A DNA stretch of 35,231 nt from Candidatus Woesebacteria bacterium (GTDB lineage: Bacteria; Patescibacteriota; Microgenomatia; UBA1400; UBA12108). Each line of letters begins with the position of its first letter. Positions within the stretch are counted from its first letter, which is position 1. Positions 1-8,856 of the stretch are shown here, piece after piece. The notes under the pieces are model-generated. The model saw only the letters and a program-made list of their open reading frames with translations. It made no database searches and had not been told where the DNA came from. The position numbers and the translations under genes were made by a program. The stretch is taken from contig DALYFH010000007.1 in assembly GCA_031972135.1 (NCBI GenBank), forward strand, positions 1-35,231, in the 5' to 3' direction.

Positions 1-1153
1 TCTCAACTACCGTCTCGTTGTTCTTAACTAGGGGAAAGACTGCGACTGTGTAAGGGGCGAGCTTAGGTGAGAGTTTGAGGACTACCCGATTGTTAGTCGT
101 ATCGTTCCAGTAAGCGTCACAGAGCACCATGAGAACTATGCGATCTATACCGACTGCTGGCTCGATGACGTGAGGTACTAGCTTGGTGTTTGTAGCTGGA
201 TCTAGGTAGTTTAAATCTTTGCCGCTAAATTTGATGTGCTGATTAAGATCGTAATCGGTACGGTAGGCTAGTCCCCAGAGCTCTTTAAAGCCAAAGGGGT
301 AGTTGTATTCTAGGTCGACTGTTCGCTTGCTGTAGAAACTACGTTCTTTATCATCGTGCTCCCTAGTCCTTAAGTTCTCGCTGTTTATCCCGAGAGTATC
401 TGTGACAAAATTCTTCATGGCTGTTAGCCAAGTCTCAAACAGTTCTTCCCAGTTAGTACTCTCTGGGTTAAAGAAATATTCGATCTCACCTTGCTCAAAC
501 TCGACGGTGCGGAAGATTGCCTGACCCTTGGTGATCTCGTTACGAAAACTCTTACCCATTTGGCCGACGCCAAAAGGTAGTCTGACACGAGTACTGTCTG
601 TAATGTTTTTGAAGTTAGTAAAGATCCCCTGGGCTGTTTCGCCCCGTAGATAGGCTAGGTCGGCGGTCTCCGCCAATATTCCTAGATGAACAGGGAAAAG
701 TAGGTTAAAGCTACGGGCATCGGTTAGTTCTAGTCCACCACAGGTAGGACATTTGATCTTGTTGTCTTTGATTAGCTGAGAGAGCTCTACCATACTCTTA
801 CCCTCGACTTTGATCTCGCTACCCTTCTTTTCAAAATGACCTTCGATCAGATGATCGGCTCTGGTTCGGCTGTGGCAGGTCTTACAGTCGACCATGGCGT
901 CAGCAAAGCTAGCTACGTGACCAGACGCTTCCCAGACTTTACTACTACTAATAACAGCTGAGTCGAGACCAACCATATCGGAGCGGCGGGTGATAAATGT
1001 TTCCCACCAGAGATCTTTGATCTTCTTTTTGAGCTCAGCACCTAAGGGGCCATAGTCCCAGGTGTTAGCCAGGCCACCATAGATATCGGAACCAGGGTAA
1101 AAGAAGCCGCGCCTTTTGGCGAGACTAACAATGTCATTTAAAGATACACTCAT
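1..1153 (-). CDS. glyQS: glycine--tRNA ligase (single-chain class II GlyQS type), N-terminal ~384 codons; the 3' end runs off the left edge
   Basis: Absent from the ORF track because there is no stop in the window. My own translation from the ATG at 1153..1151 gives MSVSLNDIVSLAKRRGFFYPGSDIYGGLANTWDYGPLGAELKKKIKDLWWETF. Further on come FRNEITKGQAIFRTVEFEQGEIEYF, YPFGFKELWGLAYRTDYDL and VPHVIEPAVGIDR. The frame stays open to base 2. These match the conserved GlyRS core motifs, and recO-glyQS synteny is common in bacteria. Confidence 0.93.
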   Translation of the reverse strand, partial: MSVSLNDIVSLAKRRGFFYPGSDIYGGLANTWDYGPLGAELKKKIKDLWWETFITRRSDMVGLDSAVISSSKVWEASGHVASFADAMVDCKTCHSRTRADHLIEGHFEKKGSEIKVEGKSMVELSQLIKDNKIKCPTCGGLELTDARSFNLLFPVHLGILAETADLAYLRGETAQGIFTNFKNITDSTRVRLPFGVGQMGKSFRNEITKGQAIFRTVEFEQGEIEYFFNPESTNWEELFETWLTAMKNFVTDTLGINSENLRTREHDDKERSFYSKRTVDLEYNYPFGFKELWGLAYRTDYDLNQHIKFSGKDLNYLDPATNTKLVPHVIEPAVGIDRIVLMVLCDAYWNDTTNNRVVLKLSPKLAPYTVAVFPLVKNNETVVE

Positions 1154-1180
1154 GTGAATAGTTTAGCACACAGAAATACC

Positions 1181-1501
1181 CTACTCAGTATTATTAGCAC
1201 TCTTACCAGCAATATTGATTCGCATAGCAACCACAAAGTTTTCTGCATCGACTGGCGTTGCAAAATGTAGTACTAGTTCGGATTCCTTACTTCCAGTTTT
1301 TCTACTAAAAGGTGCAGGCAAACCAGCACTCATAGATAAATAGACCGCAACCTCGTACGGACCTTCAAGCACGACTTTATGTTTTCCGTCCATGTAGAGA
1401 TTGTACTGGTCATGGTAACCAACTGGGGGTTTGACCCCAATCGTCCGAGCTATATCTAATGTGATTACCTCTGTCCGATTACTCATTAGCGCAAGATACA
1501 C
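1181..1501 (-). CDS. hypothetical small protein (about 101-106 aa), no recognisable family
   Basis: This ORF fills the gap between recO and glyQS on the same strand. The track start at 1501 is GTG; an in-frame ATG lies at 1486 (MSNRTEV...). I recognise no motifs. Support comes only from ORF length and co-orientation. Confidence 0.4.
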   Translation of the reverse strand: MYLALMSNRTEVITLDIARTIGVKPPVGYHDQYNLYMDGKHKVVLEGPYEVAVYLSMSAGLPAPFSRKTGSKESELVLHFATPVDAENFVVAMRINIAGKSANNTE

Positions 1502-1505
1502 GATA

Positions 1506-2018
1506 CTATAGGATTTGTCTAGTCCTGAGGGGGTGGGTTAGCAAGCTCTCGATGTATGCGTCGAGATCGGCAGGATCTGGGTCAAAGCCGAGCTCTGTGA
1601 GGAGTCTCTTTTTAAACCTAGTCATATAGTCTGGTGTCTCAAAACGGGAGAGGTGAGTTAGAGCAGTTAAAAGAAGGTTGTAGACCTCTGGATGAGGATC
1701 CCCTTCAGGCGTTAATTTGTCGATTAGTTCGCCGATCTGAAAAAGGCGAGAAATGTTAGCGAGATTAGTCTTACTATCTTGATGCGTGTGGAGGAGCTCG
1801 ACCTGAGTGAGGGTCTTGCGGTCGTTTTTCTCGTATATTTCGCAAGCGATGTGAGTAAAAAGATCTAAGCTCGCTAGGCGCTTAGACTTGAGACTCCGCA
1901 CACTGCGGGCATAGACGTCGATCTTACCTGACTCTAGGGTATAAAGAGTCAAAAAACGATCTGAGTCTTTAATATTGCGACGATTAATGATAATGGCGTG
2001 ATATTTGAGATACTTCAT
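1506..2018 (-). CDS. recO: DNA repair protein RecO, compact form (~170 aa)
   Basis: The N-terminal OB-fold pattern is MKYLKYHAIIINRRNIKDSDRFLTLYTLESGKIDVYARSVRSLKSKRLASLDLF, followed by a helical C-terminal part ending ...RFKKRLLTELGFDP, typical of RecO. It sits next to glyQS as in many bacteria. The track start at 2030 is TTG; I prefer the ATG at 2018. There is no Cys-rich zinc motif, and the protein is shorter than the ~240-aa RecO of model organisms. Confidence 0.78.
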   Translation of the reverse strand: MKYLKYHAIIINRRNIKDSDRFLTLYTLESGKIDVYARSVRSLKSKRLASLDLFTHIACEIYEKNDRKTLTQVELLHTHQDSKTNLANISRLFQIGELIDKLTPEGDPHPEVYNLLLTALTHLSRFETPDYMTRFKKRLLTELGFDPDPADLDAYIESLLTHPLRTRQIL

Positions 2019-2039
2019 TTTTTCGGACAACCAGAAAAC

Positions 2040-2079
2040 TCGGATAGTCGGACTTTCGGATAATCAGATCGTCAGAATT
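2040..2079. repeat. five phased imperfect 8-nt tandem units (plus-strand consensus TCRGAYNN)
   Basis: Read directly: TCGGATAG TCGGACTT TCGGATAA TCAGATCG TCAGAATT. One more TCGGAC lies at 2023..2028. The repeat sits in the 60-nt gap between the DUF4012 stop (TAA, 2081..2079) and the recO ATG (2018). Confidence 0.6.
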
Positions 2080-4094
2080 TATCTGGTTATAGTGATTTCT
2101 TGGTCTGAGTCGACTGTCACCACCTTGGCTTTGGCGCCACTCACAGTGATAGTGTGTTTGACTGGGTCAGTACCTGGCTGGTTTTGGATTAACATCTTGT
2201 AATCATCCCCTTTGATGGTGCCTGGGGGAATTGTATATTCGACTTCTAGTTTCTTAACTGATTGTGGAGCTAGGGTAAAGAAGCCCTCTAATACTGTATA
2301 TCCTAGATCCTCGCTCGTCGCCATATCGGCTTCAAAACCACGGCCACCCTTGAGGACACTGCCTTTGGGAACATAGAGTCTAGTCCAGCTCCTGAGTAGT
2401 CCATTTAGACAGAGTTGACCTGCTTCGAGGTTACAGTTGTCACCTTTGCGAGGATTTTTGTAGGTTAGAGTCAATTTTTTGGTCGCACTACCGTCTTGAT
2501 TTAGCGTGATCTCCTGCGTGACCTCGGATTCGACAAAGAGGTTGCTCTTGGCGCCTGCAAAGTTGCTATCGTTGATATGGAGGTAATCCCCTTCGGTATA
2601 TGAAGTCAGCCTACCTGCAGCACCTAGAGCCTCGGCTGCTAGCTGTTTGTTTTCATCCTTAAAGTACATAAGGAGATGCTTTTGCTCGATACTCTCGGTA
2701 AAGATGTTAAAGAACTCAGCCCATTTGGCCTTAGGGCTACCCATCATGTTGGCGAGCATACTGTTCATCAGCGGCCCTAGGATACTCTTTCTACCCTCTC
2801 TAATTTCGTAGGTAGGCTTGGTGATAATATTCTCGAGTTCGTAAATTACCTGTGGACAGTCGCAGCGAGGATCATTTTCGGCGCTAAATTTGCCCCCGTA
2901 ACCAGATACTCCGATAGGACCTAAGACTTTGAGAATACGTACTGGGACCTCGGTATCGATAGCGATAATAGCATCGTATTCGGGGGCTACTGAGCTCTCG
3001 CGCATGTAGGTAGTAAAGGTGTCCATGCTCACTTTGAAATCTGGAGAGAGATTCATGTCTCTCAAGTTCCAGTTGTAAACCAAGGGGAGATATTTTTTGA
3101 TTGGATCTGGGGCTGGGACTTTCTTTTTAAAACCGTTGTCGAGAGTATAGATATCTTCGGATATACCTGGCTCAATCTTGCCTTTGGTAATCGTGAGTGT
3201 GGCATAGGCAGTCAAGAAGCCACCTGTCGCTCTGAGCTCTGCATCGTTTTGGAAGAGGAGGAGATATTTGCGTGGATCGGGATTACCTAGGAGATCTGGG
3301 AGGAGTTTGATAATGGGTTGAAAATTGCTCAGTGAGCCAGCGAGTCCAGAGACTGTAGCCTTAGCTTGAGTTATTTTTTCTCTCACATTCATCCCATTGA
3401 TTGTTTTGGGATAGCGATTCTCGTCGATCTGTGAGATAGCATCATCTACCTGTTTTAGCTTGGCACTAATGTTATCCATTTCAGGAGCTAATTTTTCGAC
3501 TGTTTCGGCGACAAAGATGATACGATCTTCGGCAGTTGCGATCGCTGGGTCCGACGAAATAGCGCCAGTAAAGCCCATGAGCTCGGCGTAGGGCTCGATA
3601 GCACGAACGACTAGCTCGGCCACCTCTACTCCCAGTGTACCTGCAGTAAAGACTCTGTCTCCGTCTTTGAGATAGGCACCTAATAGGGGGATTCCCATAA
3701 AAGGTCTGACCGCTTGATAGCTCTGATTAGCCTCAGCGAGAGCATTTTTAGTATTCTCGATTTCGACTTTTGCAGTCTTTAGATCGCGCGCCTGAAAAGC
3801 TGCAGCGGCACTACGACCATGTGATTCGACTGCACCTACTTTTGAATAGGTATTAAATGCGACATATCCGAGATAGCCGAATAGAGAAGTAAGCGCTAAG
3901 ATAAGAGTTATTAAGATTATGAACCAGGGACGCTTATAGAGAGGTTTCTTGTTTGATTTTTTGGGTTCGACGAGGCTGCCGACCGCTTCTGTTTTAAATT
4001 TATCAAATTGAGACTCAGTCGTCACAGGCTCTGTTTTTACCACTTCGAGATCATTGCTTGGGGCGTCTTTAAGAGTATTGATAGATCCGTCCAT
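2079..4094 (-). CDS. DUF4012-like membrane-anchored extracytoplasmic protein (671 aa)
   Basis: There is one N-terminal TM segment (PWFIILITLILALTSLFGYLGYVAF) followed by coiled-coil-like stretches. The central motif is YLLLFQNDAELRATGGFLTAYATLTITKGKI, and I recognise the xNxAExRxTGGF core as the DUF4012 signature. The ATG at 4094 overlaps the upstream gene by 58 nt. An in-frame GTG at 4043 would reduce the overlap to 7 nt. Confidence 0.78.
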   Translation of the reverse strand: MDGSINTLKDAPSNDLEVVKTEPVTTESQFDKFKTEAVGSLVEPKKSNKKPLYKRPWFIILITLILALTSLFGYLGYVAFNTYSKVGAVESHGRSAAAAFQARDLKTAKVEIENTKNALAEANQSYQAVRPFMGIPLLGAYLKDGDRVFTAGTLGVEVAELVVRAIEPYAELMGFTGAISSDPAIATAEDRIIFVAETVEKLAPEMDNISAKLKQVDDAISQIDENRYPKTINGMNVREKITQAKATVSGLAGSLSNFQPIIKLLPDLLGNPDPRKYLLLFQNDAELRATGGFLTAYATLTITKGKIEPGISEDIYTLDNGFKKKVPAPDPIKKYLPLVYNWNLRDMNLSPDFKVSMDTFTTYMRESSVAPEYDAIIAIDTEVPVRILKVLGPIGVSGYGGKFSAENDPRCDCPQVIYELENIITKPTYEIREGRKSILGPLMNSMLANMMGSPKAKWAEFFNIFTESIEQKHLLMYFKDENKQLAAEALGAAGRLTSYTEGDYLHINDSNFAGAKSNLFVESEVTQEITLNQDGSATKKLTLTYKNPRKGDNCNLEAGQLCLNGLLRSWTRLYVPKGSVLKGGRGFEADMATSEDLGYTVLEGFFTLAPQSVKKLEVEYTIPPGTIKGDDYKMLIQNQPGTDPVKHTITVSGAKAKVVTVDSDQEITITR

Positions 4095-4672
4095 AAACTC
4101 ATCCTTTTAACGTATTGTGCGTCAAGTTCGGCACGTTTGTCAAACGTAACCTCATTTCTCCCCGAGACCTGCCATAACCCGGTGATCCCTGGTTTGACCG
4201 AAAGTACGGTTGGGATGTAGTCTTTGGCTTTTGGATATTTTTTGACTTGCTCGGTTAACTCTCGCTCTAAATATGCACGAGGTCCGACCATACTCATGTC
4301 CCCTGTCAGGACATTGTAAATCTGAGGAAATTCATCGATGGTTAGGGCACGCAGAATTCGGCCGAGTGGGGTGATACGTGGATCGTCCTTGGCCTCTAGT
4401 TTCCAGTCCCCTGCTTTGAATTTTTTTAGTAACTCTTTGTTTTTGTGATGCAGAATAAAGTCGGCATCGGTCACCATGGAGCGGAACTTGTACATAAAGA
4501 ACTGTTTGCCACCCCTCCCCACTCGTTTGTGTCTATAGATAATGGGACCTGGACTAGTTAGGACGATTAGGGTTGGCACAATGAGCCAAAAAGGCAGAAA
4601 AACTAGGATGAGGACGAGCGCTACCGTTACATCGAGGGTGCGCTTGACTAACTCGTATGAATTATTAGGCAT
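4037..4672 (-). CDS. polyprenyl-phosphate sugar-1-phosphate transferase (small monotopic 'bacterial sugar transferase', PglC/WbaP C-terminal-domain type), the priming enzyme
   Basis: Motifs: KRTLDVTVALVLILVFLPFWLIV...SPGPIIYRHKRVGRGGKQFFMYKFRSM...DPRITPLGRILRALTIDEFPQIYNVLTGDMSMVGPRA...KPGITGLWQVSGRN. The track start at 4696 is TTG; I use the ATG at 4672. Confidence 0.9.
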   Translation of the reverse strand: MPNNSYELVKRTLDVTVALVLILVFLPFWLIVPTLIVLTSPGPIIYRHKRVGRGGKQFFMYKFRSMVTDADFILHHKNKELLKKFKAGDWKLEAKDDPRITPLGRILRALTIDEFPQIYNVLTGDMSMVGPRAYLERELTEQVKKYPKAKDYIPTVLSVKPGITGLWQVSGRNEVTFDKRAELDAQYVKRMSLWTDLSILLKTPQAMISKW

Positions 4673-5765
4673 ATTTTTCGTTAGGAGTTCCCGCAAATGT
4701 CTCTAAGAGTTTTTTGATCATAGGAATCCTGGATTGTGGTGCTACCATGATTACGTCTGAGGTAGCTACTACCACCATACCATCTAAACCGATGGTTGAG
4801 ACTAGTTGATTGGTAAAATTGTAGACTACGGTATTGGTTGTCTCATAAGTTGCCACGTTCCCCTTGATCAAATTTTCTGTCGGTGTTTTTTGGAGTGCTT
4901 CTTTGAGTGCTTCCCAGGTACCTATATCGCTCCATCCTAAGTCGATGGTTAGAACGACAGCTTTTTCTGGCTCTGTTTTGGTGACTACCGCATCATCAAA
5001 TGAAATCTTTTCGAGTCTAGGATAGATTTCTTTTAGAATTGCTGCGTGCTCAGGTGAGCCATAACTATCCTTTAGTTTGAGCAACCCTTCATACATTACA
5101 GTTGCGTGTTTTTTGTATTGATCTAAGACAAATTGAGGAGCGAGGATAAAGTACCCTGGGTTCCAGGAATAATTGTCGCTCTTATAATATCTCTCGGCGG
5201 TCTCTTGATCTGGACGATAATGCCATGAGACAAATTTGTGGAGCTCTATACCGTTGATCTCAGCAATTTTGTCCCCATGCTCTATCCAACCGAGATTTTG
5301 GTTAGCAAAGCGAGCGTGTTGGCCGATAAAAACAAAGTTTTCTTTGTTTTGATTAATATATTCTGATCCAGCAGCGATCGCTGATTTGAAGCGGTCGACA
5401 TGCTCTACCAGGTGATCACTCCAGAGGATGGCAACCGGTCCCCAGGGATCTTTTTTGGCTAGGATCGACATTAGATATCCAACCGCAGGGCCGACATCGC
5501 GCATCTCTGGTTCACCAATTACATTTTCTGGAGGTAGCTCTGGCAGCTGTTCTCGCACCGTATCTACATACTGGATACCGGTTGATATATAAATATTTGA
5601 GTAATCTACTTCTGGTCTCACGCGCTCGACAGCGAGCTGGAGAGTAGATTTGTCGCCCACAATTTTCTCGAACTGCTTTGGGGTAGATTTGCGTGAGAGA
5701 GGCCACATCCGAGTACCTACTCCTCCGGCAAAGATGACTATGCGCATATTAGTGAGTGTCGACAT
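4665..5765 (-). CDS. sugar-1-phosphate nucleotidyltransferase, mannose-1-phosphate guanylyltransferase-like
   Basis: The N-terminal motif MRIVIFAGGVGTRMWPLSRKSTPKQF has the ManC/CpsB-type GGxGTRLWPLSR signature. Length is ~360 aa. A second ATG at 5747 is an alternative start. Sugar specificity is inferred from family resemblance only. Confidence 0.82.
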   Translation of the reverse strand: MSTLTNMRIVIFAGGVGTRMWPLSRKSTPKQFEKIVGDKSTLQLAVERVRPEVDYSNIYISTGIQYVDTVREQLPELPPENVIGEPEMRDVGPAVGYLMSILAKKDPWGPVAILWSDHLVEHVDRFKSAIAAGSEYINQNKENFVFIGQHARFANQNLGWIEHGDKIAEINGIELHKFVSWHYRPDQETAERYYKSDNYSWNPGYFILAPQFVLDQYKKHATVMYEGLLKLKDSYGSPEHAAILKEIYPRLEKISFDDAVVTKTEPEKAVVLTIDLGWSDIGTWEALKEALQKTPTENLIKGNVATYETTNTVVYNFTNQLVSTIGLDGMVVVATSDVIMVAPQSRIPMIKKLLETFAGTPNEKYA

Positions 5766-6873
5766 AACTATCTATCCTTTCCATTATTTTTTGAGTCCAT
5801 TCTGCGGTATCAAAGCGTTTTGCATTCTTTCGGCAGGCCTCCCTATCAAAACGCTTAGAGTCAAAATTGTCAATCGCTTGAACGAAACTCTCTATAGAGT
5901 TGACTCTGAGAAGTATACCAGTCTTGTCATCTTTGACAATGTCGGATGCTCCCCCGCTACCGTAGGCGATGACAGGTAACCCAGCAGCCTGCGCTTCGAC
6001 CATGCTGATCCCAAAATCTTCTTCGTTAGCCTGCAGATATGCTGAGGCATGATGATAGAGACTGGGTAAGTCAGAGTCAGATACGCTACCCAAAAAGGTG
6101 ATGTTTTTACCTGCCAATTTCTTGAGCCTGGTCATCTCACTCCCGATCCCAGCGATGACGAGATTCTTGTTTGGAAGTTTGTTAAAGGCTTTGACTAGAG
6201 CATCAATTTTTTTGTAAGAGACGAGGCGGGAGACGACGAGAAAATAAGAAGTAGGTATGCCATGTATACCATGTAAACCATATACATCAAGTAAACCAGG
6301 TAGATCATGATTACTAGCAATTTTTGTGAATTTGGAGGTATCGACTGGTGGGAAGATGATCTCACTATCCCGATTGTAATACTGTTTAATTCTTTTTTTC
6401 ACTTGAGTACTAATTGCTATCATTGTATCTGGTCGGGTGGAAGCTACCTGGTCCCAAGCCCGCAGCGGCTTAGAGAGTAACTGGTAGAGTTTGTTGTTTA
6501 AGTATTCCTTACTATGAGAGTAAAGGTAGCGGGTGGGAGTAAGGCAATAGTTGATGTGCAGTGTCTCGGGTCTAGTAATAATCCCCTTAGACTCGGCACT
6601 ACCAATACTGATTACGAGGTCGTATGGAGTAAAGTCAAAGGATTCAAAAATAAACGGCATGAGTAGTGGCAAGATCTCGTGGCGACGTCTTAAAAATGGG
6701 ATTTTACTTACAAAGCTCGATGTCACTTTCCAGCTCTTGCTAAACGGAGCGCTACTCGGGTCCCAGACACTGGTGTACCAATCGGCATCCGGAAATAGTT
6801 CACTAAAAACTACTAGCACACGCTCGGCACCACCCGTTTTATTTAGTCGATCGTAGACGAGCGCAACTCGCAT
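5749..6873 (-). CDS. glycosyltransferase, GT4 (GT-B fold)
   Basis: The N-terminus MRVALVYDRLNKTGGAERV and the C-terminal EX7E-type region NEEDFGISMVEAQAAGLPVIAYGSGGASDIV support the call. The start overlaps the preceding gene by 35 nt. Confidence 0.85.
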   Translation of the reverse strand: MRVALVYDRLNKTGGAERVLVVFSELFPDADWYTSVWDPSSAPFSKSWKVTSSFVSKIPFLRRRHEILPLLMPFIFESFDFTPYDLVISIGSAESKGIITRPETLHINYCLTPTRYLYSHSKEYLNNKLYQLLSKPLRAWDQVASTRPDTMIAISTQVKKRIKQYYNRDSEIIFPPVDTSKFTKIASNHDLPGLLDVYGLHGIHGIPTSYFLVVSRLVSYKKIDALVKAFNKLPNKNLVIAGIGSEMTRLKKLAGKNITFLGSVSDSDLPSLYHHASAYLQANEEDFGISMVEAQAAGLPVIAYGSGGASDIVKDDKTGILLRVNSIESFVQAIDNFDSKRFDREACRKNAKRFDTAEWTQKIMERIDSYVDTH

Positions 6874-7942
6874 TAATCACCTCCGCGATAGATTGTGAGA
6901 CATTATCCCAGGTGCGAGTAAACTTGAGTGGTTTTGGACGAGCGTTTGCTAGTACCGATTTGACTGCCTTAACTAATTGATCAGAGCTACTTGCCTCAAA
7001 ATATGTAACACGGTCGCCATAAACCTCGCGATAGACTGGGATGTTGCTCGCGATCACGGGCACACCGAGCATCATCGCCTCTAACCCGACAAGGCCGTAC
7101 CCCTCCATGAGTGATGGGGTGACGAGCACAGAAGCATTTTGATAAACCGTGTACAACTCACTATCGTTTAGCTCGCACAAGACATGGATATTTTTAGGTT
7201 CGTATGGTGCTAGGACACGCGAGAGGAAAAGAGAGAGTTTGCTAACTATCACGAGATGGAGTGATGGATCCTTATGTAATTTGAGCGCCTCTAATAGTAC
7301 TGGGAGATTTTTGTGAGGGTATGCATTACCGACAAACAAAAGATATTTGTCGGGAAGATCAAAAGATAATTGGGAGGCGCTAGTTCCTTTATTTTTGTGC
7401 ATAAATTTGAGATCAGGAGCTTCGGGGATGGGGTGGATATGCTCCGGTTTGACTTGAGGGTAGCTGGCTAGGATCTGGTTTTTGACTGTATTTGTTGGGA
7501 CTATTACTGCACCTGCATTTAGTAGGCTATGTCTCACATCTAGATTGTAGCCAGCTCGCTTGAGGCGGTATAGCCAAGGAGCTCGGGTAGTAGTCTCACG
7601 ACCCGTAAAGTAGGACTTAATGAGGTCGTGCACTGTCACTATTGTTGGGATTTTTGTCAAAATAGGAGTATTAAAGTGGAGAGTGTATAAGAGGTCTACT
7701 TTTAGTGACGCTAGTTTAAGAGGGTATAAGAGCTGTTCAGAAAAAGTATAGTGAGGGACGTCAAATAGGACTTTGGTGCAGTTGGCGGGCAGTGTTAAAG
7801 TCTCAAAGTATTTGCGCCTCAAGAGGACAAATAATTGATGATCTTTGAGGTGGCTAGGGAGGTAACTAAGAACGTTAGTGGTATAGCGACCGAGCCCTGT
7901 GTGTTCTGTCCCATAAAACCGTGCGTCAATTGCGATTCTCAT
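6839..7942 (-). CDS. glycosyltransferase, GT4
   Basis: Motifs: MRIAIDARFYGTEHTGLGRYT... and PSLMEGYGLVGLEAMMLGVPVIASNIPVYREVYGD. Confidence 0.85.
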   Translation of the reverse strand: MRIAIDARFYGTEHTGLGRYTTNVLSYLPSHLKDHQLFVLLRRKYFETLTLPANCTKVLFDVPHYTFSEQLLYPLKLASLKVDLLYTLHFNTPILTKIPTIVTVHDLIKSYFTGRETTTRAPWLYRLKRAGYNLDVRHSLLNAGAVIVPTNTVKNQILASYPQVKPEHIHPIPEAPDLKFMHKNKGTSASQLSFDLPDKYLLFVGNAYPHKNLPVLLEALKLHKDPSLHLVIVSKLSLFLSRVLAPYEPKNIHVLCELNDSELYTVYQNASVLVTPSLMEGYGLVGLEAMMLGVPVIASNIPVYREVYGDRVTYFEASSSDQLVKAVKSVLANARPKPLKFTRTWDNVSQSIAEVINASCARLRSTK

Positions 7943-7947
7943 ATTTG

Positions 7948-8850
7948 TTACGTGAGTCCAACTCTAATTAAATATAAAATTTTGATACCCAAATATACTA
8001 GTTGATTAACTATAAATGGATACTTTTTTTGATAATGCTTACGGTAAAAAATCTCCATTGCTTGGATGGACCAGCGGCGGACCTGGCGTGTTTTTTCGGC
8101 TGTGGCAGTAGTAACTTCTCTACTCGCTTTGCTCATGCCCGTAGTTACCCCTTTAAAATGCTTGATAGTGACAGAGGGGTAATAGAGGACTCTCAGGTTT
8201 TTTTGCCAAAGCCGATAACAGAGATCTAGGTCCTCACCATAAAAATCAAAAGTCTCGTCCCACCAGCCCACGCTCTCCCCCGCCACACGCTTAATCATCA
8301 TAAACATGCCGCCGATCGCATCGATCTCATGCTCGTGGTCGTAACCGAGATATTTTTTGGTGTATTGATTAAATATAGCTACACTCGGCAATAAGCTAGA
8401 AAGGCCGAAGAAGTGACAAAAGCTCGCAAAAGGAGTCGGGAAGCCGCGGTGCGAGGTAGCGTCGATCTCTCCAGTTAGCGATAGAGTGACTCTAGGACCT
8501 AGGCAAGCAATCTTGTTGTCGCCAGTTAGGCGTCTGTAGCAGTCAGCGAGATCAGTACTATTATTAAAGCTTATATCGGGATTCATAAAAAGTAGTGTAT
8601 CGGCAGTAGCTGCTTTGATCCCTACATTGTTGGCAGCGGCAAAGCCGATAGAGGTATCACGCTTAATTACCTTAACCCCTCCGAACTCGTTCTTTAAGAG
8701 TGTTAGGGTGCTGTCTGTACTTAGGTTATCGACAACTATTGTTTCGTAAGTGATATCTGTTTGAGTAGCGAGCGAAAGGAGCGCTTGACGCAAAAAATCG
8801 TGACTATTGTGCGAGACAATGATAATGGATAAATCAGGCTTTTGCTTCAT
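7948..8850 (-). CDS. glycosyltransferase, GT2 (GT-A fold)
   Basis: Motifs: LSIIIVSHNSHDFLRQALLSLATQT...IVVDNLSTDST, AANNVGIKAA, and LFMNPDI (the DxD region). The C-terminal tail is hydrophobic. Confidence 0.85.
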   Translation of the reverse strand: MKQKPDLSIIIVSHNSHDFLRQALLSLATQTDITYETIVVDNLSTDSTLTLLKNEFGGVKVIKRDTSIGFAAANNVGIKAATADTLLFMNPDISFNNSTDLADCYRRLTGDNKIACLGPRVTLSLTGEIDATSHRGFPTPFASFCHFFGLSSLLPSVAIFNQYTKKYLGYDHEHEIDAIGGMFMMIKRVAGESVGWWDETFDFYGEDLDLCYRLWQKNLRVLYYPSVTIKHFKGVTTGMSKASREVTTATAEKTRQVRRWSIQAMEIFYRKHYQKKYPFIVNQLVYLGIKILYLIRVGLT

Positions 8851-8856
8851 TTAGGA

